Source: an uncultured virus (IMG/VR IMGVR_UViG_3300032893_002794)
Lineage: Duplodnaviria; Heunggongvirae; Uroviricota; Caudoviricetes
DNA: 64,000 bases
Virus record (IMG/VR): IMGVR_UViG_3300032893_002794
Reading direction: 5' to 3' (one strand)
The translations under genes and the position numbers were made by a program. This document shows, one piece after another, positions 1-8,090 of this stretch (within the stretch, counting starts at the first letter, position 1; every line of letters begins with the position of its first letter). The notes under the pieces were generated by a model. That model saw only the letters and a list, made by a program, of their open reading frames with translations. It did not search any database and was not told the origin of the DNA.

Positions 1-18
1 GTCGAGATGCGGGAGTTC

Positions 19-1587
19 GTCGCGAGGGCAGCGCAGGGGCCCGAACACTGCGAGGGGATCACGTCACCGGGATAGCTGGTCACAATGTCATTGTCGCGAG
101 GGCGGCGCGGGGGCCCGAACACTGCGAGCATGGGCCCAGACTAGGACAGAGATTTTCGATGCGAGGGTCGCGAGGGCTGCGCAGGGGCCTGAACACTGCG
201 AGGAGAAATGCGCTGGCCAAGTCAGCTGTGGAGCAAACGTTGCGAGGGCGGCGCGGCGGCCCGAACACTGCGAGTGGGTCCGTGTGAGCACACTTCAACG
301 TCCGCTCAGGTCGCGAGGGCTGCGCAGGGGCCTGAACACTGCGAACAAACGACGGTCGAAGGTTGCTTGGTCGCGAGGGCGGCGCGGGGGCCAGAGCACC
401 GCGAGGGGCGATGTCGTCGAGTCGCGAGGACCGGTTGTTGGTTCGAAGGTAACTTTGTTCAATCGTCGCGAGGGCGGCTCGGGGGCCAGAGCACCGCGAG
501 ACACTGAGTAGAGGAGATCAGTTCTTCTCTCAAAGAGTTGAGAGGGCGGCGCGAGGGAGGAACCATGGGAATTGATGTTTCGAGGGCAGCTCAGAGGCCC
601 GAACACTGCGAGTTGTAGTAGAGGATGTTGTTGCGAGGGCGGCGCGGGGGCCAGAACACCGCGAGGAGAAATGCGCTGGGCAAGTCAGCCGTGGAGCAAA
701 CGTCGCGAGGGCGGCGCGGCGGCCCGAACACCGCGAGGTGGCCATGTGTTTCCATTGAGTCTCTATGTGACGGGATTTGTATCAAGGAGTTGCGAGGGCG
801 GCGCGGCGGCCCGAATACCGTGAGGGAGGAACCATGGGAATTGATGTTGCGAGGGCGGCGCAGGAGCCCGAACACTGCGATCATCGAGATGATCAAGTTT
901 TTTTCGTTTTTTTTCGTCGATATCATGTCGCGAGGACAGCGCGGGGGCCCGAATACTGTGAGCTTGGGTCCTGACGAAGTTGCGAGGGCGGCGCGGGGGC
1001 CCGAACACCGTGAGGTACTCGGTTCGCGTCGGAGATTAGAAGTGATCGAGGTTGTGAGTATGGTGCGGGGGCCAGAACACCGTGAGCTGATCTCTTCCTA
1101 TTGATGCGAGGGTGTCGCGGGGGCCCGAACACCGCGAGTTGACCTCTTCCTGTTGATGCGAGGGCGTCGCGGGGGCCCGAACACTGCGAGAGAGCGCAGC
1201 TTCAGTACCTGAGGATATCGTGGACTAGTCGCGAGGGCGGCGCGGGGGCGCGAGATTCCGCACTGTCGCGAGGGCGGCGCAGGGGCCCGAACACTGCGAG
1301 GGCGACCTCGCTAGACACGAACGCGCTGTAAGAGTCGTCGCGAGGGCGGCGCAGGGGCCCGAACACTGCGAGTCTTCGGGAGGAGACGGTGATGTCCATC
1401 CCAGCCTTGTCGCGAGGGCGGCGCAGGGGCCCGAACACTGCGAGGGTCAGAATCCCCTCCCGGAACCCACCCAGTAGGAGCAGGTCGCGAGGGCGGCGCA
1501 GGGGCCCGAACACTGCGAGTACTTCATCGGGTTCTTGTCTGATCTCTCGAAGTAGTGAGGGCGGCGCGGCGGCCCGAATACCGCGAG
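19..1587 (+). CRISPR. CRISPR array 1 (atypical/degenerate; probably continues left of the window), 36-nt repeat GTCGCGAGGGCGGCGCAGGGGCCCGAACACTGCGAG
   Basis: 22 full-length repeat copies (starts 19,93,167,239,310,370,465,577,630,702,789,846,927,979,1051,1103,1155,1265,1337,1409,1484,1552) plus 3 internally deleted copies (421,537,1228); spacers 10-51 nt. Orientation inferred from a 3' stem CGCAG/CTGCG followed by 2 nt, as in Cas12m repeats. Confidence 0.95.
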
Positions 1588-1630
1588 ATCTGGAATCGGT
1601 GCTTGTGAGAGTCAGGTGTTAACTTGATTG

Positions 1631-1680
1631 TTGACATCTAATTCTGCAGGTGGTTAGATACATTTCCTCTGGACTGGAGG
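1631..1680 (+). promoter_or_regulatory. sigma70-like promoter and RBS of cas12m
   Basis: TTGACA at 1631-1636, 17-18 nt gap, TTAGAT/TAGATA at 1654-1660; GGAGG at 1676-1680, 7 nt before ATG 1688. Confidence 0.6.
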
Positions 1681-1687
1681 AAGGCTC

Positions 1688-3748
1688 ATGAAGCGGAAGA
1701 AGTCGAAGCTCCCATCTCGGGTATACAAGTATGCCCTGCGACCCCCGACGCTCAATGCCGAGCTCGTCGACGAGTCGCACTGTGAGTCGAGGCGATATTA
1801 CAACAAGCTCGTCACGATCGAGAATCGCCGGCGACACTTCTACCGTCTCTGCCGAGCCAAGTACTTCCCGGAGTATGCTCGCGCGGAGGAGGACGTCAGC
1901 GCGCTCGAGCTGAGGCTCGAGGAGGAGCGCACTTCCATCTTGAGCAAGAAGTCCGAGGGTAGGACGAGGCAGGTGAGTGACGCTGACCGGGGGAGCGTTG
2001 ATCAGATCCTGGCGGAGCTCAAGCTGGCGCGGAAGCGGGTCGTCGAGCTCGGGCTGCCGATACGGATAGTGGAGCACGAGCTGCGTGTGGTGAAGCTCGA
2101 AACCGAGCGAGCGGAGCTTGCTGGAGCAGGCGACGAGGACGGGGCTCGAGAAGTTGTCGAGAAGCTAGTGAAGCTGGTCAAGAAGCTCGCTAAGTTGCGC
2201 GAGAGGCTCGCGAAGATCTTGAACGAGACCGCGGTTGTCGAGCGGGTGCGCGAGGCTGTCGCGAGGATGCGCGAGGATGTGGAGGTCCACGACGAGGAGG
2301 CGCTCGAGGCCGTCAAGGCGCTGCGGTCTAGTCTCTACTGGGGCACTTACCTGCTTGTCGAGAAGGCGTTCGAGCAGGCCTCCGCGAAGTCGAAGTATGA
2401 CGTTGCGTACGATGATACGCCTTCGCATCTGCTCAAGAGCCGCATCGGTGTTCATTGGGTTGGAGGGACGTCTGTGGAGGAGGTGCTCTCGAACGATACG
2501 CTCATGCAGATAGTAGATCCGCCGGAATTCCGGCAGACGAAGAGTGGGATCTACAGGCCCAGGTACAAGAGGGACGAGCAGGGCAACATCATCTACTGCA
2601 TGCTGAGGTTCCGGGTTGGGTCGGTCGGCAAGAAGAAGGAGCCCCTCTGGGCGGAGCTTCCGCTCGCCTACGATCGGCCGCTGCCGGTTGACGGTCGCAT
2701 CAAGTTTGCCTATGTTACGAGGCGTCCGCTGCGGGAGCGCAATCCATGGCAGTACTACCTGTGCGTGTCGGTTGAGGCGGCGAGCTTCGAGCGCACGCTG
2801 CCCCACGTGACCCAGGAGGGGACGACAACGGTCAATTTTGGTTGGCGGCAGCTCGACAGCGGTAACATCAGGGTCGCGACGGTAAACCGTGACGGAGGGA
2901 AGGTGGAGTATGTCGAGATCCCGAAGTACTTCGTCGACGGCCACGTGAAGTGCAGGAAGCTGCAGGGTCTGCTCGACGAGAAGTTCGAGGCCGTCAAGAA
3001 GGAGATCGCCGGGTGGATCTCGTCGAGGGAGCGGCATTTGCCGGGGATGCTGCCGGAGCTGTTCGTCGAGAGCTTCGAGCACGTCACCATGTGGAAGTCG
3101 CAGCACAAGCTTTGCGAGCTCGTGCGCTACTGGGAGGAGCACAGGGTGGAGGGGGACGACGGCATCTGGTCGGTGGTCGACGAGTGGCGAGGGAGGTACT
3201 TGCACCTCCATGACTGGATGACTAACGCGAGGCGGAGACTGCTCGGCTGGCGCCGCGACTTCTATGCGAGGGTGGCCAAGGATCTGGTGATTACGTCGGC
3301 TCAGGTGGCGATAGATACTTTCAAGATCGCCGACGTGGCAGAGCGACCGGAGGCCGAAGCTGTCGAGGAGGGGGGCGAGAGGGCGAGGTGGAACCGGGTG
3401 GTCGCGGCGCCGAGCGAGCTCCGGAGGGCTATAGAGGTGGCGGCCAAGAAGTACCATTGCCTAGTGCTGGCTGCGCCCACTGTGGACGGCACCAGGAGGT
3501 GCAATGTCTGCGGGGAGATCTACGAGTGGGATCCTGCTCGGGAGTTCGTGCACGCGTGCCCTGGGAAAGATGGTTCTGGGTGCTCGGAGTGGGATCAGGA
3601 CGTCAACAACACCGACAACTTGGTCGATGCCGTTGCGAGCGGCGACGTGGTGCCGTTGGTTCGGCCGGCTGAGCACAGGGATGGCGAGGACTTGATCTCT
3701 AGTGAGCAGTTGCCCTATGGCATCGCTCGCAAGATGCTGGGCAAGTAG
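1688..3748 (+). CDS. cas12m: Type V-M (V-U1) CRISPR effector, Cas12m-like, non-canonical RuvC
   Basis: 686 aa between two arrays. Motifs collinear with Cas12m as I recall it: LYWGTY, LRFRVGS..PLWAELP..RPLP, VNFGWR (RuvC-I, N383), WKSQHKL, RRRLLGWRRDFYARVA, AIDTF (RuvC-II, D543), AAPSELRRAI, TRRCNVC..C..C zinc finger, WDQDVN (RuvC-III, D638). Confidence 0.85.
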   Translation: MKRKKSKLPSRVYKYALRPPTLNAELVDESHCESRRYYNKLVTIENRRRHFYRLCRAKYFPEYARAEEDVSALELRLEEERTSILSKKSEGRTRQVSDADRGSVDQILAELKLARKRVVELGLPIRIVEHELRVVKLETERAELAGAGDEDGAREVVEKLVKLVKKLAKLRERLAKILNETAVVERVREAVARMREDVEVHDEEALEAVKALRSSLYWGTYLLVEKAFEQASAKSKYDVAYDDTPSHLLKSRIGVHWVGGTSVEEVLSNDTLMQIVDPPEFRQTKSGIYRPRYKRDEQGNIIYCMLRFRVGSVGKKKEPLWAELPLAYDRPLPVDGRIKFAYVTRRPLRERNPWQYYLCVSVEAASFERTLPHVTQEGTTTVNFGWRQLDSGNIRVATVNRDGGKVEYVEIPKYFVDGHVKCRKLQGLLDEKFEAVKKEIAGWISSRERHLPGMLPELFVESFEHVTMWKSQHKLCELVRYWEEHRVEGDDGIWSVVDEWRGRYLHLHDWMTNARRRLLGWRRDFYARVAKDLVITSAQVAIDTFKIADVAERPEAEAVEEGGERARWNRVVAAPSELRRAIEVAAKKYHCLVLAAPTVDGTRRCNVCGEIYEWDPAREFVHACPGKDGSGCSEWDQDVNNTDNLVDAVASGDVVPLVRPAEHRDGEDLISSEQLPYGIARKMLGK

Positions 3749-3777
3749 CTGAAAACCTTATAGATTTTCGTGTAGCT

Positions 3778-5859
3778 GTCGCGAGGGCGGCGCAGGGGCC
3801 TGAACACTGCGAGCTCTCTATGGAACTCTCTGCTCTCGAAAGAAACGCCGGTCGCGAGGGCGGCGCAGGGGCCTGAACACTGCGAGGTCTTCTCGGGGCG
3901 GTCGATGATGGCGGCGGGAGTGCCGGTCGCGAGGGCGGCGCAGGGGCCTGAACACTGCGAGGTTCTTGTAGATCGGAATATCAATTTTTCCGAAACCGGT
4001 CGTGAGGGCGGCGCAGGGGCCTGAACACTGCGAGGTTCTTGTAGATCGGAATATCAATTTTTCCGAAACCGGTCGTGAGGGCGGCGCAGGGGCCTGAACA
4101 CTGCGAGGATTTCGCCGATCCGGAGCTCTTCACGAAATTCCTGGTCGTGAGGGCGGCGCAGGGGCCTGAACACTGCGAGCGTCCCCCACCGGCATCGGTT
4201 TCCAGAGACAGTCCACCTCGTCGTGAGGGCGGCGCAGGGGCCTGAACACTGCGAGGGCTAACCAGTCTGTCACCGTATCCGAGTCACGAGCCGGTCGTGA
4301 GGGCGGCGCAGGGGCCTGAACACTGCGAGGACGACCTTGTAGCACTCACGCCGGACGCAGACGGGAAGGTCGTGAGGGCGGCGCAGGGGCCTGAACACTG
4401 CGAGGTCGGGAGAGTGTTCTAGGAGCCTCTGAGCCTCTGACGAAGCACTAGTCGTGAGGGCGGCGCAGGGGCCTGAACACTGCGAGGGATCGTCCTTGGC
4501 GCGACTTGGGGAGAAGGCTCGAGTCGCGAGGGCGGCGCAGGGGCCTGAACACTGCGAGGTCTCACCCGAGGCCCTGAAGCTGGCTCGCAAGAAGGGGTCG
4601 CGAGGGCGGCGCAGGGGCCTGAACACTGCGAGAACGCAAAGGCCCTGCCTCCCGCAAACTCGAAGGAAAGTCGCGAGGGCGGCGCAGGGGCCTGAACACT
4701 GCGAGCCTTTCTCGCGCGTGCGGCCAGGCAGGCGACCAAGGGGTCGCGAGGGCGGCGCAGGGGCCCGAACACTGCGAGCGACTGTCCGACAGCGAAAATG
4801 GCGCTTTTTGTCGCGTCGCGAGGGCGGCGCAGGGGCCCGAACACTGCGAGGGCGACCTCGCTAGACACGAACGCGCTGTAAGAGTCGTCGCGAGGGCGGC
4901 GCAGGGGTCCGAACACTGCGAGTCTTCGGGAGGAGACGGTGATGTCCATCCCAGCCTTGTCGCGAGGGCGGCGCAGGGGCCTGAACACTGCGAGCCCCGC
5001 TTGAATTCCCCGGCCACGACGACCAAGAAGTCGCGAGGGCGGCGCAGGGGCCCGAACACTGCGAGAGAATCGCGCGGCTTGTGCAGGTGTCGATCGACGA
5101 GTCGCTAGGGCGGCGCAGGGGCCTGAACACTGTGAGGACAACGAAAGCTGATATTCGGCAGAGCTAAAGGACGTCGCGAGGGCAGCGCAGAGGCCTGAAT
5201 ACTGTGAGGAAAGGCGAGAAATTGAGCATCAGAGCAGTCGTCAAGTCGCGAGGGCGGCGCAGGGGCCTGAACACTGTGAGGAATGGTTGCCCGGGGTAGG
5301 ACAGCGGATCGGGAGAGTCGCGAGGGCGGCGCAGGGGCCCGAACACTGCGAGCGCATAGGGGCCGTGCAGAGGAGGCGGCCAAGATTTCGGTCGCGAGGG
5401 CGGCGCAGGGGCCCGAACACTGTGAGAGCAGAGTGCGAGAGAGGGCGACTAGGTCAAGCCAGGTCGCGAGGGCGGCGCAGGGGCCCGAACACTGCGAGTC
5501 GCGTGGCCCCTTCGAGCGCGGAGGAAGTATCACGTCGTGAGGGCGGTGCAGGGGCCCGAACACTGCGAGTTGATGCCCACCGTCTGTGGGTTGCTGACCT
5601 GGTCAGGTTGTGAGGGCGGCGCAGGGGCCCGAACACTGCGAGGAGACGCCAAGAAGAGGTTCGCGTACAGTACAGACCGTCGCGAGGGCGGCGCAGGGGC
5701 CCGAACACTGCGAGCACGGAAGTAGCCTTGCAACATCTGAAAATCATTGTGTGTCGCGAGGGCAGCGCAGGGGCCTGAACACTGCGAGCAGGCAACCAAT
5801 CGAGGACACAATGGCAGCAACACGTCGCGAGGGCGGCGCAGGGGCCCGAACACTGCGAG
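3778..5859 (+). CRISPR. CRISPR array 2 (canonical): 29 repeats, 28 spacers of 35-46 nt
   Basis: Same 36-nt repeat, first copy 29 nt after the cas12m stop; repeat starts run from 3778 to 5824; followed by a 15-nt spacer and a collapsed repeat GTCGTGAG (5875-5882). Confidence 0.98.
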
Positions 5860-6096
5860 GAGCGATGTCGTCGAGTCGTGAGGGAATTATCGATGCACGT
5901 CTGGGCATTGAATCATTCGGACGATCTCGTCTGCGTCTTCATAGTCGTAGTTTGGCGACAGTGAGATCACGAGGCGCAAGAACACCCACACCCAGGCTTC
6001 ACCGTTGAGTACGGCTGGGGCCAGTCGACCGCGGAATTGGGCTATGTTGTTTTTGTGCTTCACAGTTTCACAGTAAATTGACTGCGCAAGCGGGCA

Positions 6097-7107
6097 TTAT
6101 GGCTTCTTGGCCTTGTTTCTCATTGCCTTCCGGAGCCAGGATTTGTCAGCGTCTTCCCGGGCTATCACTTCCTTGAGGGCGCGCGAGTCGATCACCTCCT
6201 CGAAGGCCTCGCGTATCAGGCGACTCAAGACGTTGGGCGGCAGGGCGTCCACCTCCCACGAGGACTCGCCGTGCTTCCTCACGTAGTCGGATGCTCGGGG
6301 GTCGGTCATCTTGGCAGGGTTCGGTGGTGGGTCGTACTCCTCGACCTGCTCTGTGGTGAGAGCGATCTTCGAGACCTCGAGGTCGATGCTGTGGCGGCTG
6401 AACTCGAGGATCCGATCTCGGATGTCTCTGACCATGTCCTCTCCGGACGGGTCATGGTCCCCTAGGTAGAAGATGATCGCGGGCTTGGTCGTTGACCTGA
6501 AGTCTCTTATCTTAGACTCCAAGTACTGGTCTACTTGGTTGTCGGACCACTCGTGGGTGTCCATCTGTCTCTTTGTCTCGCGGACGATGGCAAAGTAGTC
6601 CTGGATGCTCCACCCGACGGCTGTCTGGATGCGCTCGGCGGACTCTCGCATGGCGCTCGCTGACGAGTAGCCCTTGTTCACCATGAGCGTCACGTGGAAC
6701 TCTCGAGCGAGCGGGGCTAGGACGCCAGCGAGGGCCTGCTTCTCAACCCACAGCTCGACGTACTTGGGCTGGTTGCTCCACCGCGGGAGCCGGTAGGCCC
6801 TGAGTGCCGACTCGACCAAGGAGGAGATGGAGGTCCACTCAGAGGGACGTTCAGGCACGCGGCCTCGGTCTTCGATCGCGTCCCAGTCGACGAGGCCGGC
6901 GTACCGCGCGTCGGTGAGGAGGGCGGTGAGCTGCTTGTACGCGGCCGGAGTGTTCGCGATGAGATCTCGAGCCACGAACTGGTAGTAGAGCTGGCGGGCC
7001 GTCAGTCGCAGTCCTTGGGACTGGTACTCCTCGACGATCTCCACTATCTTCGTGATCTTCGCCATTGATTCTGGTCGGAATTTGGTGCTTCGAATTTTAT
7101 CTATCAT
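6097..7107 (-). CDS. Topoisomerase VI-A/Spo11-like (JetD/Mini-A type) winged-helix + TOPRIM protein
   Basis: LTARQLYYQ (catalytic Tyr region), VELWVEKQAL (TOPRIM Glu), GYSS, FYLGDHDPSG (DxD), WEVDAL; AAAGGAGG RBS before ATG at 7107. Confidence 0.75.
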   Translation of the reverse strand: MIDKIRSTKFRPESMAKITKIVEIVEEYQSQGLRLTARQLYYQFVARDLIANTPAAYKQLTALLTDARYAGLVDWDAIEDRGRVPERPSEWTSISSLVESALRAYRLPRWSNQPKYVELWVEKQALAGVLAPLAREFHVTLMVNKGYSSASAMRESAERIQTAVGWSIQDYFAIVRETKRQMDTHEWSDNQVDQYLESKIRDFRSTTKPAIIFYLGDHDPSGEDMVRDIRDRILEFSRHSIDLEVSKIALTTEQVEEYDPPPNPAKMTDPRASDYVRKHGESSWEVDALPPNVLSRLIREAFEEVIDSRALKEVIAREDADKSWLRKAMRNKAKKP

Positions 7108-7170
7108 GACCTTGAAGCCTCCTTTAGTTATCATCTTATCACGATACAAGGACAGGTGATTAGTTTTTTA

Positions 7171-7201
7171 TTTTGACACTTGCTTCTTTATCGGCTATCT
7201 T
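7171..7201 (+). promoter_or_regulatory. sigma70-like promoter
   Basis: TTGACA(7173)-17 nt-TATCTT; 19 bp identical to 8091-8109. Confidence 0.65.
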
Positions 7202-7252
7202 GAAGGTCGGGTCTGACGAGCGACAAACCAGACAGAGGAAGGAGCGACTACG

Positions 7253-7777
7253 ATGAGCATCACCGACAGGGAGAGAGCGATCGGTCTAGTAGACGGAGTC
7301 AGGATAGGGGCGGTGGAGGAAGGATCTTCTTTCGAGTACCTGCTCGGCTTGCGGGACAGCGTGGACGCCTGGAGGGCCGAGCTCGATGCCGTGATATCGG
7401 CGAGGGTCCGGGAGACAGGACCGGTGGAGCTGCCGGGATGCGCGCTTTTTCTCGAGGAGTCGGTGGTGCATGACCAGGCGCCTGGGAGTCAGCACGACGC
7501 TGCAGAGGAGGTGCCCGGCCAGCCGTCGGGCGGAGGGCAAGATCTCGAGGGTCAGCGGGGATCTGCGGACACGAGGGAGGTGCCGGAGGTCGAGTGGCCT
7601 GGCGGCATGGTGCCGTCTCCCAACGGGGTCGGGTGGGTCAAGCGCGAGGGCACGCCTGGTCCGGTGTGTCTGGCAGCCGAGAGGGTGTGCCGAATGGCCG
7701 CGAGCCACTCGAGCCTCGTGGAGATAGGGCGGGCCTACCAGGCGATGATGCGCGGTCGGGCGGTCGGCGGTGCGTGA
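7253..7777 (+). CDS. hypothetical protein
   Basis: 174-aa ORF, AAGGAG RBS, downstream of a promoter. Confidence 0.6.
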   Translation: MSITDRERAIGLVDGVRIGAVEEGSSFEYLLGLRDSVDAWRAELDAVISARVRETGPVELPGCALFLEESVVHDQAPGSQHDAAEEVPGQPSGGGQDLEGQRGSADTREVPEVEWPGGMVPSPNGVGWVKREGTPGPVCLAAERVCRMAASHSSLVEIGRAYQAMMRGRAVGGA

Positions 7778-7787
7778 GGTGGCGGTG

Positions 7788-8048
7788 ATGACGAATACGG
7801 AGTGGGAGGCGCTCTACAAGACCGTGGTGGATGGGAAGATCCGCATAGTCGGCGGCCACCTCGTCGTGAGGCAAGACGCGGCCACGGTGCTTGCGCTCTA
7901 CGACAGTCCCGAGGTCACCCCCGTGCAGCGGCGCAACTTGAGGGAGCACACGTTCGACGAGGTCCTGGGGGTGGCCCGCCAGTGGCTCGGCGAGAGGGAG
8001 CTCTCGGTGGTAGTCGACCCTGAGGGGTTCAGTCTCGGAGGAGCCTAG
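7788..8048 (+). CDS. hypothetical protein
   Basis: GAGGT RBS, ATG 7788, follows the previous gene. Confidence 0.6.
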   Translation: MTNTEWEALYKTVVDGKIRIVGGHLVVRQDAATVLALYDSPEVTPVQRRNLREHTFDEVLGVARQWLGERELSVVVDPEGFSLGGA

Positions 8049-8090
8049 AGTCGCGAGATTTCTTAGATTTTTTCTCCAGCTACATTTTCT

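Noticed and set aside
80..1622. Many 60-160-aa ORFs over array 1
   Set aside because: They are translations of the CRISPR repeat (SQCSGPCAALAT, VARAAQGPEHCE). Only the two SD-preceded micro-ORFs are kept, as a hypothesis.
1688..3748. IS200/IS605 TnpB or Cas12k (CAST) interpretation
   Set aside because: No TnpA or TnsB/TnsC/TniQ in the window, larger than typical TnpB, flanked by arrays, and motifs fit Cas12m
19..5900. Self-targeting of spacers within this window, including the cas12m promoter
   Set aside because: By eye only short chance-level matches were found (GATGTCGTCGA at ~45891; GGAGGAA at the cas12m RBS). An exhaustive alignment was not possible, so it is not excluded.
3715..6008. 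ORFs up to 240 aa over array 2
   Set aside because: Repeat-derived open frames with no independent coding signal
5883..6096. tracrRNA or terminator after array 2
   Set aside because: No anti-repeat seen and only weak hairpins; Cas12m is not known to need a tracrRNA
8050..8057. Isolated GTCGCGAG resembling the collapsed repeat
   Set aside because: An 8-mer is expected by chance in GC-rich DNA and has no flanking repeat
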